Shown here: positions 15,357 to 18,483 of the stretch, in pieces
Numbering within the stretch: position 1 is the first letter of the stretch
How the letters are laid out: the number at the start of each line of letters is the position of its first letter
Made by a program: the position numbers and the translations under genes
Notes under the pieces: model-generated
Seen by the model: the letters and a program-made list of their open reading frames with translations, nothing else
The model's database searches: none
What the model was told of the DNA's origin: nothing
Origin: Candidatus Iainarchaeum sp.
Lineage (GTDB): Archaea > Iainarchaeota > Iainarchaeia > Iainarchaeales > Iainarchaeaceae
NCBI GenBank assembly: GCA_043812975.1
Contig: JBDRLP010000026.1
Span: forward strand, 1-18,483
Direction of reading: 5' to 3'
DNA: 18,483 nt

Positions 15357-15463
15357 AGCCTCCGGTGGGAGTCGAACCCACGACCCGCGGTTCATTTGCC
15401 ATTTATAGTATAAATACTATTAATAGTTACAAAACCGCTGCTCTACCACTGAGCCACGGAGGC
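15357..15463 (-). tRNA. tRNA-Thr(UGU) with a 35-nt BHB intron at 37/38 (intron 15393-15427)
   Basis: GCCTCCG TG GCTC AGTGGTA GAGC A GCGGT TT TGT A [intron] A ACCGC GGGTC GTGGG TTCGACT CCCAC CGGAGGC T. BHB: UUUG/CAAA helix, bulges UA|A and UG|A, outer helix CUAUU/AAUGG. Confidence 0.95.
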
Positions 15464-15508
15464 GTGAGATTATTGAGTCTAGTATCGTTTATAAATTCTT
15501 TCATTTGT

Positions 15509-15907
15509 TTAGAAATACCTAAATTCTTTGGCATAATGTATATTTTTTTGTTGATTGTTTTTTGTCTTTTCTAGCCTTATTGTGACTTCAGTCATTCCTT
15601 CAACTTTTTCAATAGGTAATAAATAGCCTTGTTTATTTTGTGCATCGTAAATTCCAAATGAGTCTATCTCTTTTTTTGAATACTTTTTAACTTGCCAGTT
15701 ATTTGAAGATTTTAATCTGCAGAACAGAACTCCTCTGCGTGGCTTTGTTGATTTAATTTGTATTCTTTTGAATTTTCCTTCTTTTTCAAGTAAGAGGTCT
15801 ATTGGGGTGTCTTCTCCGAAAGGTAGGAATATATTCCAGTCTTTTCTAATAAATTCTGCAGCAAATCTTAATTCTCCTTCCTTTGCAAGTTGTTTTTTCT
15901 CAGTCAT
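15509..15907 (-). CDS. PD-(D/E)XK endonuclease, group I intron-associated (PDDEXK_5 / I-Ssp6803I-like) family
   Basis: GE......F......I..P.G....IDLL.......RIQIKS...Y....ID.F..Y pattern; 132 aa. Confidence 0.85.
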   Translation of the reverse strand: MTEKKQLAKEGELRFAAEFIRKDWNIFLPFGEDTPIDLLLEKEGKFKRIQIKSTKPRRGVLFCRLKSSNNWQVKKYSKKEIDSFGIYDAQNKQGYLLPIEKVEGMTEVTIRLEKTKNNQQKNIHYAKEFRYF

Positions 15908-15979
15908 CTCATAAATATAATTGATTTGTAGTTATATTGATTTTGAGACTGGCCTCTTTGCCGGTGGGAAAAATTTAAG

Positions 15980-16054
15980 TGCTCCGAGGGGGATTCGAAC
16001 CCCCGTCGCTACCGTGAGAGGGTAGCATCCTTGACCGGGCTAGACGATCGGAGC
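15980..16054 (-). tRNA. tRNA-Glu(CUC), intronless
   Basis: GCTCCGA...CTACC CT CTC AC GGTAG CGAC GGGGG TTCGAAT CCCCC TCGGAGC A. Confidence 0.96.
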
Positions 16055-16105
16055 AAAGCCTTTTTCTTTCTTGGAAGAAAGAAAAACCCTTGGGAAAAAG
16101 AAAGA
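16055..16105 (+). repeat. Palindromic short element abutting the tRNA-Glu 5' end
   Basis: AAAGCCTTTTTCTTTCTT-GG-AAGAAAGAAAAACCCTTGGGAAAAAGAAAGA; homologous to the tRNA-Tyr intron element. Confidence 0.7.
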
Positions 16106-16222
16106 ACCCGATTAAGGGAAAATCCTTGGAATTCCTTAAAAAACTGCCGTTGACAATGGTTCTGTTGAGAATGGTCAACAGCAAATATTTTAAGTTCTGA
16201 GTGCTTAATTTTATTGTTTTAA

Positions 16223-17056
16223 ATGCCTCCAAGAAGAAGAAAACCAGATCCTTATGCTGCTTTAGAAAAAGAACGAAAACTTAATAGACGAGCATTTTTA
16301 GGTCTTGGAGCAATTACTGCTGCAGGAGGAATCCTGAGTTTTCTTAAACTATCCAAAAAACCAGAAGTTAAACCAAGCAAACCAATACAGATGAAAATGG
16401 TTGTTGAAAAGAAACCTGAAAGAGAACCAAAAAAACCAAAACCAAGGCCAAAACCAGCTCCAAAACCAGGGCAGAATTTTATGGTTTATCGTGAAGGCTT
16501 GAAAGGCGAAGCTTTTGCAAAAGCTTATGGAGTGCCTTTCACTAGAAATGTTTTTGATTTGAATAAAATTCCGGCAAATTTAGTTCATGATGTGAAGGTT
16601 CTTGTTACAAGAGAATGTGCAAAATACAATAAAGTTTGTGAAGTTAATCCGAAAGGCATTCAAATAGTTGATCCGCATGAAATCCTTGCAGTTATTGAAC
16701 ATGAATCACATTACAATCCGAATGCAAGAGGAAAAGCAGGGGATGCTGGTTTTGGACAGTTGATGCCAAGCCAGATAGAAACTCTAAAGAAATTTTCTAA
16801 AATGCCGATTATTGTGTCAGACCCTTATGACCCGGCTCAAAACATTACAGGGATTGTAAGAACTTTTGTATGGTTTGCGAATCATCCTGCAAATAAAGAA
16901 AAGTCAACCACTTGGAGACGTTTTGCATCATATAATGCAGGCAGAGGCGGTGCAAAAGATAAAATAATTCTCTGGAGCCGCAGATATGCCAATACACTTA
17001 CTGCAATCTGGAAAAGAATGCAAGATAATAAGGAATTGGCAAATTACATTAATTAA
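16223..17056 (+). CDS. SLT-domain lytic transglycosylase with twin-arginine-like signal and Pro/Lys linker
   Basis: NRRAFLG plus hydrophobic stretch. AVIEHES (catalytic E), GFGQLMP, DPYDPAQNI, ASYNAG. Confidence 0.88.
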   Translation: MPPRRRKPDPYAALEKERKLNRRAFLGLGAITAAGGILSFLKLSKKPEVKPSKPIQMKMVVEKKPEREPKKPKPRPKPAPKPGQNFMVYREGLKGEAFAKAYGVPFTRNVFDLNKIPANLVHDVKVLVTRECAKYNKVCEVNPKGIQIVDPHEILAVIEHESHYNPNARGKAGDAGFGQLMPSQIETLKKFSKMPIIVSDPYDPAQNITGIVRTFVWFANHPANKEKSTTWRRFASYNAGRGGAKDKIILWSRRYANTLTAIWKRMQDNKELANYIN

Positions 17057-17059
17057 TTT

Positions 17060-17803
17060 TTATTTAAAAAAGGTAGTAAAATCTTCTTCACTACTAGTAT
17101 GTGTAAATGTTCTTGTATTTCTATCATAATATTCTTCTACTGATTTTTTACCATCTTCTCCATACCAAATAAATGAACATCTTCCATCAGGCTGAACACC
17201 AGCTTCTACAGGTATTGAAAAAACATCACTTCCATCATTAGCAGGAGCATCTGCCTTTAATAGTGGACGACACCAGTCACGTATCATATTTTCTTCTGTG
17301 GCTGTAATACCTGCTAACTTAGCGCTAAGAAGATAAGAAACATACGACTCTAAATCCCAATTGAATTCATCATCATTTTCTAATGATTCAATCTCTTCTG
17401 AACTTACTAATATCTGGCCGTCCAAAGTTGCAATATTTACGATTATGTCATCTGAATTATAGCCTTCCTTTACCTCATAATAAGTGTAAACAATAGTGTC
17501 TGTAACCCCTTCAGTTAATTCAAGAACCCTATCAGATTTAACGGTTAGTTTGCATTTATTGCCTGCTATTTTTTCTTGTGTAATCTCAATATCCTCAGGC
17601 TCAAAATCTAAAACAGGATTATCTGAAGAATAATGGTAATCAGCTATTGAATCTCTTTCTATACAAAAATCATCTGAAGATGTAGGTGGTTCAAGATTTG
17701 AGGAAGGTCCTGAGGTTGAAGAAGGTCCTGCTGCTGGCGAATCACATCCGGATAATGCTATTAATAAGAAAATGATAGTGCCAAACAGTAAATATTTTCT
17801 CAT
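17060..17803 (-). CDS. Acidic lipoprotein
   Basis: ALSGC lipobox, S/P/T linker, four further Cys. Confidence 0.85.
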   Translation of the reverse strand: MRKYLLFGTIIFLLIALSGCDSPAAGPSSTSGPSSNLEPPTSSDDFCIERDSIADYHYSSDNPVLDFEPEDIEITQEKIAGNKCKLTVKSDRVLELTEGVTDTIVYTYYEVKEGYNSDDIIVNIATLDGQILVSSEEIESLENDDEFNWDLESYVSYLLSAKLAGITATEENMIRDWCRPLLKADAPANDGSDVFSIPVEAGVQPDGRCSFIWYGEDGKKSVEEYYDRNTRTFTHTSSEEDFTTFFK

Positions 17804-17962
17804 GATTAATAGTTTTGATTTCTATTATATAAATTTATCACAAAACACAAAAATCTTGGAAATGATGGCTAATAAGAATTAAACATAAATAACTAATTTC
17901 AGTGAAAAGGTTAGTATTATATACTTTTCAAGCCCCAATATGTACGTTTTCGGGGGAAATAA

Positions 17963-18325
17963 ATGGTATTTTTTGAAGCGATACAGGCTTTGCTCAGTTT
18001 AGACATTTCGTTTTTCATAGACATCGTCATGGGAAATATTCTTTGGAGTTTCATGTTTTTTGCTCTTATTTATTTTTTCTTCGACAAAAAGAACACAATT
18101 TATTATTTCCTTCTCTGGGCTGTTCTTTTGTGGGCTTTCTTTGACTTCGAGTCTTTAACTTCAATAACATTCAGGACAGGTCCATTTCTCATGATTTATT
18201 ATCTTACAAAACTCGCGGTCCTTGCTTGGGCTGAAAATAGTCCGCGTTTCAAGGATAAATTATTGTGGGTGAGTGAAACACAGTTTTTACTATTGTTATT
18301 CGTATTTACATTTTTTTTGAAGTGA
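17963..18325 (+). CDS. Multi-pass membrane protein
   Basis: ORF track, highly hydrophobic. GGGGGA SD and BRE/TATA (AAAAGGTTAGTATTATATA) upstream. Confidence 0.8.
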   Translation: MVFFEAIQALLSLDISFFIDIVMGNILWSFMFFALIYFFFDKKNTIYYFLLWAVLLWAFFDFESLTSITFRTGPFLMIYYLTKLAVLAWAENSPRFKDKLLWVSETQFLLLLFVFTFFLK

Positions 18326-18331
18326 TTGAAA

Positions 18332-18483
18332 ATGGGGGTTACAAAATATTTGATGAGGGCGTTGCTTTTCGCATCATTCATTTTTTTAGTCATAATAATG
18401 TCTGATTTTTTGATTCCAGGGAAAGTGAAAGACACTACATTATCTACTGTCGGAATAATCGCAATTTTCAGTACTTTTTTCAT
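18332..18483 (+). CDS. Membrane protein, partial (runs off the right edge)
   Basis: MGVTKYLMRALLFASFIFLVIIMSDFLIPGKVKDTTLSTVGIIAIFSTFF..., starting 6 nt after the previous stop. Confidence 0.65.
   Translation, partial: MGVTKYLMRALLFASFIFLVIIMSDFLIPGKVKDTTLSTVGIIAIFSTFF

Larger units (their letters stand above)
9102..15370. mobile_element. Complete integrative element 2 (6,255 bp) in tRNA-Thr(UGU)
   Basis: 14-bp direct repeats at both ends, intact integrase next to the tRNA, and inverted repeats symmetric around the reconstructed attP core. Confidence 0.9.

Noticed and set aside
15464..15979. Group I intron around the endonuclease
   Set aside because: Both flanking tRNAs are complete and the 45- and 72-bp spacers leave no room for a ribozyme core.
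630..18483. Shadow ORFs (630, 1412, 2783, 3698, 3783, 4921, 5914, 6358, 7192, 7951, 8572, 8738, 9559, 10365, 11047, 11343, 11590, 11675, 12161, 12604, 12986, 13374, 14217-14991, 18199)
   Set aside because: They are antisense to, out of frame within, or overlapping better-supported genes or low-complexity DNA, and have no motifs.

Overview
Archaeal window, probably from a DPANN-type genome (inference). Archaeal markers are tRNAs with bulge-helix-bulge (BHB) introns and no encoded CCA, a C1:G72 tRNA-Tyr, a DUF2666-like gene and SGC-lipobox proteins. Two related tyrosine-integrase elements sit at the 3' ends of two intron-containing tRNAs. Element 1 starts at tRNA-Tyr(GUA), runs off the left edge and carries an ArdC-like operon. 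That operon is preceded by a ~157-nt imperfect hairpin whose arms are copies of a BRE/TATA+SD unit, a candidate archaeal analogue of plasmid ssDNA (Frpo/CUP-type) promoters. Element 2 is complete (6,255 bp, 14-bp att repeat from tRNA-Thr(UGU), inverted repeats symmetric about the reconstructed attP). It carries a Panacea/SocA-like + PIN toxin-antitoxin pair, an XRE HTH, micro-ORFs and three exported proteins. Other notable features are a free-standing PD-(D/E)XK homing-type endonuclease between tRNA-Glu and tRNA-Thr, a ~55-nt palindromic element found both in the tRNA-Tyr intron and abutting tRNA-Glu, and a lytic transglycosylase with a Tat-like signal. All family assignments come from motif recognition by eye; no searches were run.
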